NCBI GenBank assembly: GCA_043228905.1
Contig: JBHGNT010000016.1
Coordinates: 14,260,001-14,324,000 of the forward strand
DNA length: 64,000 bases
Direction of reading: 5' to 3'
Source: Azolla caroliniana
Taxonomy: Eukaryota > Plantae > Polypodiophyta
Numbering within the stretch: position 1 is the stretch's first letter; the number at the start of each line of letters is the position of its first letter. Below are positions 13,635-26,648 of this stretch, piece by piece. The translations under genes and the position numbers were made by a program. The notes beneath the pieces are model-generated. The model saw nothing but the letters and a program-made list of their open reading frames with translations, was not told the origin of the DNA and ran no database searches.

Positions 13635-13832
13635 AGCAACGGCCAAACAATGGTCGGGTAGTGGTCAGACAACGGTCGAATGGACAAGCCCGGATAGCGG
13701 CGGCTGATGGCCGACAGTGGCCAAGTGGTGGCCAGATAATGGTTAAATGGTGACTGCACAGTGGCCGAATGTTAGTGCCGATTGTCCAGACAATGGCCGA
13801 CAACGGCCAGATGGTTGGGCCGAGAATCGGCT
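13635..13832. repeat. Degenerate ~11-bp TGGCCGA/CGGTCGA tandem repeat
   Basis: Recurring tggccgaca/tggccaga/cggtcgaa units inside the non-autonomous element. Confidence 0.6.
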
Positions 13833-14110
13833 AAGACAGAAGTGTCAACCAAAAGCATGTCGTTTGACATCCAATGAAGTAGATGATTGAAGATCAACGG
13901 CCCATGCCACATTGAACTAGCCGATTGGTGTATAATCCAATCACCACTTATGCTGACTGAACGAGAAAGTTTGAGTCAAGCACAACTCCGATCGAAGTTA
14001 TCGATCATAGAGCGGTGATCCGGTCAAGGGATTTCCGACTGTTGAGACGACCGATGGAGTTCCAGTCCAGAAGAGTTGCCATGGAGAGTGGGTTCACCGT
14101 GCAATGCACT

Positions 14111-14127
14111 GTCCCACAGGCGTGCCA
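14111..14127 (-). promoter_or_regulatory. Inverted tRNA-Arg PBS-like site occupying the PPT position
   Basis: GTCCCACAGGCGTGCCA lies 2 nt before the 3' LTR and resembles the plant tRNA-Arg(UCU) 3' end including CCA; no purine tract present. Confidence 0.75.
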
Positions 14128-17100
14128 TGTGTTACCCATAAGAATATACAGGGAGGCATAAAGGTAGGTGTAATGATGTGGTTGATGTGTATGTGTAAAG
14201 TAAATGAGTGTGTGAGTATGTGTATGGACACATGAACAATTATGTGCATGTGTACAAGAATGTGTAACGGTCTTATTTATAATGGTCATGTAACCGTTAC
14301 ATTGGATGTATTATATAAACCCATTATGGGCATGTAATGAAGATAACCTTTTCCCTCTGATTTTGGTGTCATTTTGTATTTTCACTTTCCTTCTCTCTCT
14401 CTCTCTTTATTGTAACCCCCTTGGGAGGGGGGTGATGCTATATTAGGCTTCAACCCCCCACCCCAACAACAATACAAAACTCTTTACATGGTATCAGATC
14501 GCGAGGGTTGAATATCCTCTGCTACCGACAAGCACTTTCAACACAAACAAGCCTTTGATCTCCAAACAAAGATTCATAGGAACATGGACAAAGGAATGGG
14601 TAGCTAGATAGGATCAATTATGTGTCTTGGTTGTATAAGATGCATTAGTACGTGCTAAGCCATGAATACTAGAGCTATGTGCAAGGAGTAAACGAGGTAC
14701 CACTAGAGTCGACACAGAAAGACTTCCTAGCTTGGGAGCAAGTAACAAGCCAAGTCTTGTTTTGCTTTTCCTCGTGTGTTCATGATAAGATGCTTGGGTA
14801 CATAAGGGATGCAAAGTCGTTGAAGGATTCCTGGGGGAACCTATAGAGGGTGTTTGCAGCCAACACCACAAGAGCTCAACAATGTCTGACAAGGAAGTAT
14901 GTTGGTAATTGACTACAAGACAAAGATCGAGGAGATTTGTGACTCACTTAGCTCCATCAACGTGATGGCGGACGAAGAAGAGATGCTGCAGATTTGTCTT
15001 GGCGGTCTAGCTCCGAAATACGAGCTGATTTGAACGACTATCTATACAAGAGAGAAACTGCCATCATTTTTCGACTTAGAGTCGATGATCTTGGTAGAGG
15101 AGAACCACATTGGTGTGTCGATGACCATGCACACCGATAGAAAGATGTTATACATAAAGGCATAGAGGCCTCGTGGTCATGGTGGACACTGTGGATCAAC
15201 ATGAAATGGTACAAGTCTACAAGAGCTGAACTATAGGCATCCCTTTGATTCATGTCAGCTAGAAAGGGATAATGATGAATATCATGCATGTCCCAACGAT
15301 TACCAACAACCTGGTGCCGGTTGGTCAGAGCATAGACCAAGGTATGCAGGGTCGGTTCACTCATAAGGTGTGCTTCTTCTTGGTCATAAGGTGTGCCTAA
15401 TCCAAGAAGAAGGTAAGATCATCGCGCAAGGGTGCCAAGAAGGGGGGATGTTTATCTGCGAGACGAATGATGTAGGCATCACTATGTTCTCCAAAGGGCA
15501 AAAGATCGAATCAGACATTTACCACTAGCACAAGCGGTTTGGCCACATCAACTTCCCTAAGCTTCAAGAGATGAAGTTGAAACAAATAGTGTTCGGGTTG
15601 CCAAAATTCAATGGTAAAAAAGGCCAATTATGTGAAGCTTCTCAACTAAGGAAACATCACCGGCTTCCATTCCCCAAGGAGAAAATCGGAGCCATAACAA
15701 GATCGATTTAATCCAATCGGATGTGTGGGGACCGGCATAGAACGTGAGCATTGAAGGAAGTCATTACTTTGTAACCTTTATCGATGACTACACTCTACAC
15801 ACTTGAGCGTGCTTGATCGAGAAGAATAGCAAAGTCTTTTCCTATTTCTTGAAAGTTAAGAGCCTTGCCGAACGGGAGACAGACAAAAAAATCAACTGCC
15901 TTAGGTTTGATGGCAGGAAAGAGTACTTTTTCGACCAGTTCTCTAATTATCTGTGGAAGGAAGGAATTTGGCGCAAATTCTCTTGCAGATACACACCGCA
16001 GTAGGACGATGTGGCCAAGAGGAAGAACCGTATGTTCAAAGAAGCAGCAAGGGCAATGCTCGAGGAGAGGAGCATGCCGAAGTTCTACTAAGCTGAAGCG
16101 TTTAGAGCAGTCGTTTACCTTGAGAATCAGACGTCTAGAGCTGGAGGTAAAGTGTTGCCACACAAGCTATACTTCGAGAAGAAGCGGAACTTGGCACACT
16201 TAAGGGTGTTTGGCAACATTGCATATGAGTTTGTGTAGAGAGAAGAGGAGGACGCTAGATGCAAAAGCTGAAAAGAGCATTCGGATCGGCTACTCAGACG
16301 AACAAAAGGGTTATAAATGCTATATATACCACCCGATGAAACAAGTCCGAGTTAGTCCAGATGTCGTGTTCAATGAGTGGTCTTCGTGGTACTTGCCCTC
16401 TTCTCCAACTCCCATTAACTCCATTCTGAACTTGGAGGATGAGGCTAGTGAGGCCCAGATGCCTTTGGATGAAGAAAACATTGGCACTCTTGAGGAGAGT
16501 CCGATCTCATTCTGGCTAAGTGGGCCAAATGAGGAGCTGAGTCCGGATGAACAACCATTTGAGTTTTCGGCAAGCAAGGAGTACTCGGTCGTGTTGTCCC
16601 TACGCCAAAAGCCAAGTCCTATAGGGCCATGCACAATGATGGAGGTCCTCGAGAACTGAGGACAAATTCGGTTAGAAGGACCTTGAAGACGGCCAACGAG
16701 GGGTTGCACCGATCATCTTGCACGAAGAACCCTGTCATCAGGTACGGGTATAATGAGTACATGGTGCATCATTATGCATACATGAGAAAAGTGGCGGAGA
16801 TACGCAATCTAGAGAGCTACGCGAAGGAAGCACATGACACTTAATGGAGAGTGGCCATGGAGGAAGAGATGCACACTGTAGCTGACAACGATGCATGGGA
16901 CTTGGTTGACCTCCCCAAAAGAGTGAAGCCAATTGGATGCTTATGGGTGTATAAAGTAAAATACAATGGCAATGACTCGATCAATAGGCACAAGGCTAGA
17001 CTAATGGCCAAGGGGTAAGCATAGACATGCAACATCGACTATGATGAGACCTTCACACCAGCGGTGAAGATGACTACGGTGCATGTGTTGCTAGCCATCA

Positions 17101-20100
17101 CAGTAGCAAAGGGGTGGTGCAAAGTGTTCCCACAAGGTGAGCTTGAGGAACATGTGTACATGGTACAACCCCTTGGATTTCTATCCGAGTTAACCACATT
17201 AGCAATTAACGGGCTGAAGAAGTCCCTATATTGACACAATCAAGCCCCACGAGCTTGGAATGCCAAAATCACGCAATGTCTGCGTAAGATGGGCTTTGCG
17301 CCATCCAAGTCGGATTCTTCGTTGTTCATCCAGAAAGGTCGAAATGGGCCAGTCAACATACTGTTATATGTCGATGATCTAGCCATCACCGACATTGACC
17401 TGGAAGAAATCAGTCGCGTGAAGTCTCTGCTAGCAGCAATGTTTGAAATGAAGGATCTAGGGGACCTTCACTACTTCCTCGGGATTGAAGTGATCCAAAC
17501 TTCGGAAAGGCATATTGATTAGCCAATGCCATAATGTGTTGAATATGCTCTTCAAGTTCGACATGATGGATAGTAAATCCATCTCAACTCCTATTGACAA
17601 GACATTCCACCTTTGCGATGGATCAGGAAGAACATGCGAAACAACATGATTTCAATAGATTGTTAGAAGCCTCATGTATTTGACCATCACCTAGTCAGAC
17701 CTAAGTTATCTGGTTGGCTTGATTAGTAAGTTTATGTTGCAACCGACCATCAAACACCTTCAATGTGTGCAGAGAATATTGAGATATGTCAGTGGCACTA
17801 AGGATAGGGCATTGCTGTATCGAACCGGTGTAGTCAAACAGTTGATTGGCTACACAGATGCCGATTCGGCCGGAAATACCATAGATCGAAGGTCTAAATC
17901 AGGGTTTGTGTTTTCTCTTGGAAGCACCACGATATCCCGGAGTAGTAAGAAGCAGCCAACAATTGCACCGTCGAGCACAGAGGTTGAATACTGAGCAATT
18001 GTTGTCCCCACATGTTAAGCTATATGGCTCAAGAGGCTCTTAAAGGATCTGGACGTGGAGGTGTCTGAACCAACAGTGATATATACTGTGACAACATCAA
18101 CAACATCTAGCTAGCCAAGAACTTCATTTTCCATGTTTGGACAAAACACATAGAAGTGCATTACCACTTTTTACGCGAGCGTGTTCTCTCTCATGAAGTG
18201 AAACTACAATATGTTCCGACTGATTGGCATGTGGCCGATATTTTCACCAAACCTCTCAGCCTAGACAAGTTATGAAATTTTTTGAGTGAGCTTGGCTTAC
18301 AACAGCTCGACATGGCGAACTTGAGGGGGAGAAGCAAGAGCGGGAAGGACACAATAGAAGTCTGAAAACCCGGATCGGGTGTGGAAGAATTTGGTCTCAG
18401 GATGACTGAAGAAACCGAGGACGGATGCAAGGGGAGTGACCAGAAGGACGAGCCAAAGCCAGAGCCAATTGAAAAAGGGAGAGATCAAGTCAGAGAAGGC
18501 ATGGCAAGTGGCAACACCAAGAAGGGTAGAGTCTACCTGAAGATAAAGGCCAAGACCACGACATGCTCAAGTATGGTCAAGGTCCTTGAAGAAGACGAAT
18601 TGGAGACAACCGATTTGGTAGAGAAGAGTGATCCAGATGAGATAGATCTTATGAAGGCCAAGTGGATAGGGAGGCAGTCGAAGCCGACGCCAATCTGGAG
18701 GAGTTGATGGGTTGAGGGGCACATATGCCATGGTAGGAAGGGAGCTAACAAGGGCCTAAGTTGTAGACAAGGTGACCAAAGCGAGTTAGTGTCATAGATT
18801 CTTTATGAGCATTCAAGTATTGATGATACTTGTGTCAACCCGCTATCAGGCCTTGTATAGAGCATATTATTTTTCAATCTAAGGTTTGTCTTCTGCTCTC
18901 TCTGTCTCTCCCATTCTCGATTATTACTGTATTTCTAGTTTTGTTTGTGTTTTAACTAATTGTGGCTGAGCCAATTGTGTTTTGTTTATAAGCTTCCACA
19001 TACGAAACTCTTTACACAATTCAACTATGTCCCATGTCTTTGGGATCGTCTGGCATGACTAGAATCGCCGGATCATAACTAATGATAGGGTCTTGGGTAG
19101 CCAATCCACTCTTTGGATTGCTCGTTAAGCTTCTCTTTATGTCAGCTTGTATTGAAGTATTGGTTGTTGCTGTACTTTGTCACGTAGAGGCAGCTTGCCG
19201 TGTTACTAATCTCATGTGTTGGGCCCTCATGAGGAGGAAAAGCGTCCAGAAGTGTGACTCTTTTGATTTCAATTGACTTTTCGACTGACTTGTGCATCTC
19301 CAATTCGTTGAAAACGACGTCTGAACTTCAGAAGACTTGTTTTTTTTTTTATCCCAAAGTTGGTAACCTAATTCACGGTCGATCCATAATCAAGGAAAAT
19401 ACATCTCCGGGACCATGGCTCAAGATTTTTGCGATCATCCTTTAGCACAAGTGTGACAGTCTCGCAATTGAAAATCCTCATCTTCTCATAATTCAGCCTC
19501 CGGCTTGTCCAAAGCTCATGGGGAATTGGAAGTCCTAGAGACCTACTTGGTGACATATTTATTATGTGCAGGATAGTGAATAACATCTCTTCCCAAAAAC
19601 CATTCAATAGTCTGGCATGTTGCATCATGGTGACAATCCACTCTTGAATTTTCCGATTCATTCTTTCCGCAACACCATTTGGCACTGGACTATAGGGGGT
19701 CGTAAGCTCTAATCTGATGCTGCATTGCCGGAAAATTCTAATGAATTCTCCCCCATTGTCCGATTGCAAGCATTTCAACTTCCAACTAGATTGGTTTTCA
19801 ACCATTGGGAACCACTCTTAGAAGATCAAGAACACATGAACTTTCATCCTTGTCAGGGATGCTCACACCTTCTTGGTTGTGTCATCCATCAACGTGATGA
19901 AGTACGACGCACCTCTCATAGACTGATATGGCATTGGGCCATAGAGATTTGAATGGACCATGTCGAGCTAACTCGAGTCAGATGTGAGGTGGCAATATAT
20001 TTACTATATTGGCAATTCTCACAGAACTTTTGCTCGGAGAATGAGAGCTTGGTAATGTAATCGACTTTGGATAAATGTATGATGTCAGCCTTGTTGAGGT

Positions 20101-21581
20101 GTCCAAGTTGGCCATGCCATAATGACCACGTCTACCAAAAATGTGTCATCTTCTCTGAAAGTGACATATAGCGGGTACAATGAATGTATCTTTGGTCCTC
20201 GAGCAAATAGGAGGTTGCCTCATCAAGAAGCCAATGAGAATGCCATGTTCTTCTAATTGTCTGACTAAGATCAATGGGCTTGACATCTGAGGTATGTGTC
20301 AAATTGTGCAATCCAAGAGTAGAGCCGCTTGGAAGATTAAGCTCTACTATGCCGATGCCGCTTATTGCAGAGTGTTGCAAATTTCTAACTGGAAGTAGGT
20401 CGGAATGCTGGGTTGAGTATTGTCGAAATTGAGATGAACTGTAAAAAGATATTTGAATAAACGTTATTGGAGCGACTAAAGACTGAGAAGTGACAATCGA
20501 GGGTGATAAAAAAGGGTAATAGAAAACTTTTTTTCAGGTATGATGATATGAGAGAAACTAGAGGCGCTCCCCGAACATACCCAAATTACGTGAAACACGG
20601 GAAATTCATTAGATTCAATGTGAAGGTTAGAGGTACTACCGAAGCTACAGAATGATAAAAAAATTTCTTTTGTTGGACAGAAGTTGGATTTGAAGCTAAA
20701 AAATAAACCAAATTTCGTAAGTTATCCATTACATTTTAAAAAAATGGTAGCTCGAATCAATGAAGTAATCAATTTTGTTGTTGACTTGTAAAAAAAACTA
20801 GATGCCAGCAGAGAAGCTTGGGATATGAATACACACAGAACCAAATGTTAGATATAATCAATGATCAGCCCCAAGTTGTAAATCTATCCCCATATGTGCT
20901 CTTAGAGTGCACATTTTGTGATAGCGCCCCAAATGAGGAGCGGCTAGTGTGCAACTCGACCATATGGGTCGATAAGGTGTTAATCTAGGAAACCGTAGAT
21001 GCGTAGGACACAATATATTTAGGAAAGAGAGGAATAGATAAAAGGATTGGCTAATCAAGTCAGCTAGAATATTTTGTGGGCAAGTTACGATGTACTTAGT
21101 CTTGAAGTATGCGTCATTGACTTCAAGATAAGTATTATCTAGCACTAGCCTGTACCTAGGGAGTTGGGTCAAATTAAATGACAAGTCAGTTGACAGAAAA
21201 GGAATATCTCCACTACTGTCAACTGACTTGCACATTTATACTAAGACCAAACATAGATTATAAGTCACTTTTCTCACACAGTGGTCAGATTGATCACTAG
21301 TCCCCACTAATTTTGTAGTGAGCCGGTCCATATCCTATCTAAGCTCTAAGGTGTGAGCGCATGGGAAAACTACCATTTTGAACTACTCTCATATGTAATA
21401 GAAATTCTATTTTCATATATCCATCTCTGCAGTTGTAACTCTATATACCTATCTACTCGATTCTCAATATTTCTAATATGGTATCAGAGCGAAGAGGTTG
21501 ATCTAGATTAGGTATATACGGGTAGTTGTTGTCTAGCAACAGAGAGAAATAGAGAGAGAGAGAGAGAGAGACAGAGTATCA

Positions 21582-22796
21582 ATGGCCTTGTCCACGAATG
21601 TTGCAGCTGCTCCATTGTGCATTTGCCCACCTCCATTGTCTGATGGAAAGCTAGATGGAACCAACTACACTCTATGGAAGTTCAAAATGTCTGCCATTTT
21701 GGATTCCTACGAGTTGTTGGAAACAATCATGGGACCCACAGGGGGAGACCCTGAGCCCATGGCAACCTTTGACCCTGCACACCCTACCACATCAATTCCT
21801 CCAAATGCTGATCTACTTCGAGCCTGGAAGAGAAGGAATGCTGATGCGCTATGTACCATAGTCACTGGTGTATGTGACTCCGTACTAACACTAGTGCAAC
21901 ATACAACTAGGGCACATGAAGCTTGGAGCATATTGGCCAGCCAGTATGAGACCAGAAACTATACAAGGATACAAAACCTCGAAAATCAGCTTGCTGCAGA
22001 GAAGCTCGCTGATGGAGAGAAAGTAGAATCCTTTGTAAAAAGGATTAAGGATCTTCAAGATCAGCTGGTGGCTGTTGGAGTAGTCGTCTCTCAAGAGGAT
22101 ATGGCTCGTCGGTGCATTCGAGTACTTCCTTTCAAGTATGATGGCATTGTGACAGCATTGAACACTCAGGTTCGACCCACTCCTTTAAAATTTGATGAAC
22201 TAAGTGCAATGCTGCTTGAAGAGGAGCTTCGGCTGAAGACAAGAGAAGAAAGGGAAGATTCAGCATTTGTCTCTAGGACTAAGGGTGAAGGGGCATCCAA
22301 TTCAAACAATGCGAATAGGATACCGAAGAAGAAGAAGTTCAATGGATCGTGTTTCTACTGTGACAAGAAGGGTCACACAATCAAGGATTGTCGAAAGAAG
22401 ATGGCGGATGAGAAGAATGGTTCTAATAAGACTTCTTGGAGAGAGCCCGAGTCCGCTAACAATGTCGTAGATGAACTTGAGTTATGGGTCGCAACTGAAG
22501 AAGTGTGTTCTTCAGTTGACACTCAAGTTGTTGATGAGTCTTGGATTCTCGATAGTGGAGCATCCCGACATATGACCAGGAATCGTGACTGGTACAGTTC
22601 TTGGACACCTCTACAAGAGCCCATCAATGTTGTGGTCGGGAACAATGCTCGATGTCCGGCCAAAGGAACCGGAACCGTCTCCCTCAAAGCAACGACCGGT
22701 GGGACAAAGCATCTCTCTCAAGTGTTGTACGTGCCAGATCTGAAGAAGAATCTACTGTCCATTTCTGCACTGACTGACAAGGGTCTTGATGTTTGA
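21582..22796 (+). CDS. copia gag + CCHC zinc knuckle + aspartic protease
   Basis: 404-aa ORF: [39 protein letters not shown]. Confidence 0.9.
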   Translation: MALSTNVAAAPLCICPPPLSDGKLDGTNYTLWKFKMSAILDSYELLETIMGPTGGDPEPMATFDPAHPTTSIPPNADLLRAWKRRNADALCTIVTGVCDSVLTLVQHTTRAHEAWSILASQYETRNYTRIQNLENQLAAEKLADGEKVESFVKRIKDLQDQLVAVGVVVSQEDMARRCIRVLPFKYDGIVTALNTQVRPTPLKFDELSAMLLEEELRLKTREEREDSAFVSRTKGEGASNSNNANRIPKKKKFNGSCFYCDKKGHTIKDCRKKMADEKNGSNKTSWREPESANNVVDELELWVATEEVCSSVDTQVVDESWILDSGASRHMTRNRDWYSSWTPLQEPINVVVGNNARCPAKGTGTVSLKATTGGTKHLSQVLYVPDLKKNLLSISALTDKGLDV

Positions 22797-24634
22797 TTCA
22801 AGAAGTCGGGTGCAGAAATAACAGATTCTGCTGGAAAGGTTGTAATGGTTCACTAGTTCAGCCTATGCCAGTCCCACACGTAAAGAAAATACCTAAGTGG
22901 GCTCAACAACTCTTCAATGATCATACTCCTAAAGTTGAGTTTCCTGAAACTTCAACTGATGGATTACGAAGATCAAGAAGAATACAGGAGCAAGGAAGAA
23001 CCTCTGACCACATTGTCAACATGGCTCTGATGGTGGACATCATAGGCTCAGTGAGTGAGCCGACCTCGGTGGAGGAAGCTATGGCCGACCCGAAGTGGAA
23101 AGAGGCGATGATATCAGAATATGATAGCATCATGAAAAATGACACATGGGAGTTGGTAGAGAGGCCAACCAAGAAGAAGGTGATAGGCACGAAGTGGGTA
23201 TGGAAAGTAAAGTATAAAGCTGATGGCGCTTTGGAGAAATTCAAGGCCAGGCTAGTAGCGCAAGGATACTCCCAAATTGAAGGGTTCGATGTACAAGAAA
23301 CATTTGCCCCGACAGCTCGCATGACAACAATTCGAATGGTCATAGCGTTGGCTGCTTCAAGAGGATGGCCGATTTATCAAATGGATGTCAAATCAGCATT
23401 TCTGAATGGGCATCTCAAGGAGGAGGTATATGTGACACAACCACCGGGGTTTGAGATACCGAATTCAGAAAACAAAGTTTGCAAGCTGAAGAAGGCACTA
23501 TATGGTCTAAAGCAAGCACCAAGAGCTTGGAACAAGAGGATAGACAGCTTCTTACAATCAATCGACTTTAAGCAATGTGCTTCGGATGCAAGTATGTATG
23601 TCAAAATGAAGGACGGGAAACAAGTCATCATTATCATTTACGTGGATGATCTAGTACTTACTGGTGACCATGAAGAGTGCATTGGCCAAACACAAGAGTG
23701 TTTGAAAACTGAGTTTGAAATGACAGACTTGGGGATTCTACACTACTTCCTTGGAATTGAGGTTTGGCAAACCTCGGTCGGCATCTTCATGTCACAAAGA
23801 AAGTATGCAACAGAGATCTTGAAGACCTTCGGGATGATGGACAGCAAGTCGAAGTCGACTCCAATGGAGTCAAACTGCAAGCTATCCCAAGAAGACTCAT
23901 CACCAATGGTTGACATAAGGAAGTATAGACAACTAGTAGGAAGTCTAATTTTCCTATGCAACACTAGGCCGGATATTTGTTTTGCAGTCAATGTGGTGAG
24001 TCGATTCAGCAACAAGCCGAAGGAGACTCATTGGAAAGCTGCTCTACGTGTATTAAAGTACATTGTGGGTACTTTAAATTATGGAATCTTCTACAAGCCA
24101 ACAATTGACCAACTTAGTGGATATTGCGACTCCGATTGGGCTGGAGATAGTGATTCCAGAAAATCAGTTTCTGGATATTGTTTTTCAATAGGATCTGGAG
24201 CTGTTTCATGGAGTAGTAAAAAACAACCAACAGTGGCACTATCTTCAACGGAGGCAGAATACAAAGCAGCATGCATAGCGGCATGCGAGGTAGTTTGGCT
24301 AAGAAGAATCCTTATGGATGTGGCAGTCCCAATAAGGACGGCAACGGTATTGAGGTGTGACAATCAGAGTTGCATGGCCATTGCCAAGAACCCCGTATTT
24401 CATGCACGTACTAAACACATAGAGATTCAGTATCACTATGTGCGGGAGCTAATAAATGATGAGATTGTGGAGCTTGAGTACTATCCAACATCAGAAAATA
24501 CTGCAGATATCTTCACAAAGGCGCTTGGAGCAGAACAGTTGCAACAACATCTTCGACGACTAGGTGTTGGCCCAATTCCAAGTGAACTCAATGGGTTGAT
24601 CATTGAGGGGGGGCGTGTTAGATATAATCAATGA
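22793..24634 (+). CDS. copia reverse transcriptase + RNaseH (open frame, detached from gag-PR)
   Basis: 613-aa ORF: [36 protein letters not shown]. Confidence 0.9.
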   Translation: MIQEVGCRNNRFCWKGCNGSLVQPMPVPHVKKIPKWAQQLFNDHTPKVEFPETSTDGLRRSRRIQEQGRTSDHIVNMALMVDIIGSVSEPTSVEEAMADPKWKEAMISEYDSIMKNDTWELVERPTKKKVIGTKWVWKVKYKADGALEKFKARLVAQGYSQIEGFDVQETFAPTARMTTIRMVIALAASRGWPIYQMDVKSAFLNGHLKEEVYVTQPPGFEIPNSENKVCKLKKALYGLKQAPRAWNKRIDSFLQSIDFKQCASDASMYVKMKDGKQVIIIIYVDDLVLTGDHEECIGQTQECLKTEFEMTDLGILHYFLGIEVWQTSVGIFMSQRKYATEILKTFGMMDSKSKSTPMESNCKLSQEDSSPMVDIRKYRQLVGSLIFLCNTRPDICFAVNVVSRFSNKPKETHWKAALRVLKYIVGTLNYGIFYKPTIDQLSGYCDSDWAGDSDSRKSVSGYCFSIGSGAVSWSSKKQPTVALSSTEAEYKAACIAACEVVWLRRILMDVAVPIRTATVLRCDNQSCMAIAKNPVFHARTKHIEIQYHYVRELINDEIVELEYYPTSENTADIFTKALGAEQLQQHLRRLGVGPIPSELNGLIIEGGRVRYNQ

Positions 24635-25428
24635 TCAGCCCCAAGTTGTAAATCTATCCCCATATGTGCTCTTAGAGTGCACATTTTGTGATAGCGCCCC
24701 AAATGAGGAGTGGCTAGTGTGCAACTCGACCATATGGGTCGATAAGGTGTTAATCTAGGAAACCGTAGATGCGTAGGACACAATATATTTAGGAAAGAGA
24801 GAAATAGATAAAAGGATTGGCTAATCAAGTCAGCTAGAATATTTTGTGGGCAAGTTACGATGTACTTAGTCTTGAAGTATGCGTCATTGACTTCAAGATA
24901 AGTATTATCTAGCACTAGCCTGTACCTAGGGAGTTGGGTCAAATTAAATGACAAGTCAGTTGACAGAAAAGGAATATCTCCACTAGTGTCAACTGACTTG
25001 CACATTTATACTAAGACCAAACATAGATTATAAGTCACTTTTCTCACACAGTGGTCAGATTGATCACTAGTCCCCACTAATTTTGTAGTGAGCCGGTCCA
25101 TATCCTATCTAAGCTCTAAGGTGTGAGCGCATGGGAAAACTACCATTTTGAACTACTCTCATATGTAATAGAAATTCTGTTTTCATATATCCATCTCTGC
25201 AGTTGTAACTCTATATACCTATCTACTCGATTCTCAATATTTCTAATACCAAACCTTTTTATTTGTTTGGGGATGATGCTAGGAGTCAACGTTGCCTAAC
25301 ACTAGCTGAACAACTAGCTCCTTCTACATATCTAGAAAGCCGTATGCTTCGAAAGAGGCTTGTACGGTCTAGGAAGAGACCTCTTTTTCCTATTTTAAGA
25401 TAGAATGAGAGTAACGGATCTACTTCAA

Positions 25429-25872
25429 CCAACATTCCTTTGGGTACCACCATGCATAATATTGAGTTAAAACTTGGGCAAGGTGAACAATTGGTCAAAG
25501 CAGTTGGTGTAGAAGCAATGGTAGTAGCCAAGGAAGGGAGATTAGCTACGCTGAGACTACCTTTCAGTGAAATTTGTTTAATACCTCAAAATCATTTAGC
25601 AAGTGTAGGGTGTGTTCGAAATATCGATACCAATAGTAAAGGCTTAGGAAAGGTTGGATCTACATGTTGGTTAGGTAGACATCCTATGGTGCGAGGTGTA
25701 ACTATGAACCGTATGGATCATCCACACGGGGGGGGGGGGGGGGCAGGGTAGGACATTGTTTGGGAGGAAAAACCCATCAACACCTTGGGGATATACTACA
25801 CTAGTTAACAGAACCAAGAAAACAAAGAAATACAATAAAACATTTATACTTCACCGCCGCAAAAGTGGTTGA
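25429..25872 (+). pseudogene. rpl2: Plastid ribosomal protein L2 exon 2
   Basis: [26 protein letters not shown]...[23 protein letters not shown], with a frameshift in the poly-G. Confidence 0.93.
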
Positions 25873-25906
25873 AAGGTAGGGATACCAAGCAGGAGGGCAT
25901 TTAGTT

Positions 25907-25932
25907 ACGACACACGTTCATAAAAAAAAGGT
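25907..25932 (+). pseudogene. rps19: 5' scrap of plastid rps19
   Basis: ACG ACA ..CGT TCA TAAAAAAAAGGT (MTRSIKKG-like) right after rpl2 with upstream AGGAGG; the rest is absent. Confidence 0.5.
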
Positions 25933-26648
25933 CATCTCCAAACAATCAGAGCACGTATAAAATATCGTCACCATTAAGCGCAAACAATTTATGGGGTTTT
26001 AGGTATAAAGATTTCGATATTTAAGGATACTGAATAAACACATACATCAAAATGGTGTATTTTGCTTTGATAATAATATATTTGACATCTAAGGGAAGGG
26101 CGATAATAAAATCTCTCCCTCACAACTACAAGTAGTGAAATGAGATGCAGAGGGTAGAGCAATGCGGATGGTGCACAATACCTCAAACATATTAGTCTTA
26201 TTCATAGTGTTATGCTTACTCAAGCTACATCAGGATTAGGACTGAAATGTGTAGTTGTTTCACTACATTTCTCTATGTAAATAGGTAAATAATTTGTAGC
26301 TGCTCAAAATCATATAGCTTCTTCATGTAAATCCTCAGAAAGTTGGATCCAATGAACATGATAGAATAATGGTATTCTCATCCATTATGGCAACCCTAGA
26401 AACATGGAACATGGAACATGAAATTTCCAATTTTGATCAGAATTGTTGATCTTCAATCTTAGAGTGGTAATGTGTATCTCTCTATTTATATAATGCAAGA
26501 AAAAATCTGGGTTCATAGGTCAAAACCTCGTCTTACTCTTATAGCCGATGAAGTCGGTACCCATTACAACTTCATTCCATTCTGGATTTAACACAAAAAG
26601 TTAATCTTTTCATTTCCTTCATTTTCATTTTTTCGAGAAATCTTTGCT

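Larger units (their letters stand above)
12273..14471 (+). mobile_element. Non-autonomous 2.2-kb LTR element; LTRs 12273-12610 and 14130-14471; TSD ATACA
   Basis: Direct repeats TGTTACCC...AACAACA; ATACA at 12268-12272 and 14472-14476; PBS-like TGGCACGCCCG at 12615; no recognisable gag/pol inside. Confidence 0.93.
10774..19016 (+). mobile_element. Older related Ty1/copia element; 5' LTR (10774-14488) split by two inserts; 3' LTR remnant ~18784-19016
   Basis: Starts TGTTGAGAGGCAAGCTCAACA; LTR pieces match 18784-19016; PBS TGGTATCAGA at 14489; decayed gag-pol 14585-18707 homologous to 5636-10126; flanks TAGTT/CAATT. Confidence 0.88.
3915..20420 (-). mobile_element. Old degenerate Ty1/copia element, host of the insertions at 5133 and 10774 (own sequence ~3915-5132, 10669-10773, 19017-20420)
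   Basis: Removing the inserts rejoins RT as KFKATLVVKG/FRQEYGVDYDKIFS and TWDIVEL/..RALPCKWIYRLK. Integrase core 19368-19805 (CLQSDNGGEF, NGVAERMNR). RNaseH remnants ~4000-4420. Outer ends approximate. Confidence 0.82.
20846..25248 (+). mobile_element. Young Ty1/copia element lacking integrase; 633-bp LTRs 20846-21478 and 24616-25248; TSD CCAAA
   Basis: LTRs differ at about 4 positions by eye; CCAAA at 20841-20845 and 25249-25253; PBS TGGTATCAGAGC 21479-21490; PPT GAGGGGGGG before 24616. Confidence 0.97.
20432..25428 (+). other. Plastid rpl2 group II intron (partial), split by the copia at 20846-25248
   Basis: Domain V-like AAGCCGTATGCTTCGAAAGAGGCTTGTACGGTCT ~25337-25370; 3' end TCTACTTCAA; 20432-20845 resembles recalled rpl2 intron sequence. 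Confidence 0.75.

Noticed and set aside
12975-13803. Protein-coding ORFs inside the non-autonomous element
   Set aside because: Low-complexity, repeat-derived translations without recognisable domains.
20858-21235. Duplicated 125-aa ORF (also 24628-25005)
   Set aside because: Antisense ORF within the two LTRs; duplication is explained by the LTRs and no motif was recognised.
26243-26272. Helitron 3' hairpin
   Set aside because: Imperfect hairpin with no following CTRR end or matching 5' TC terminus.
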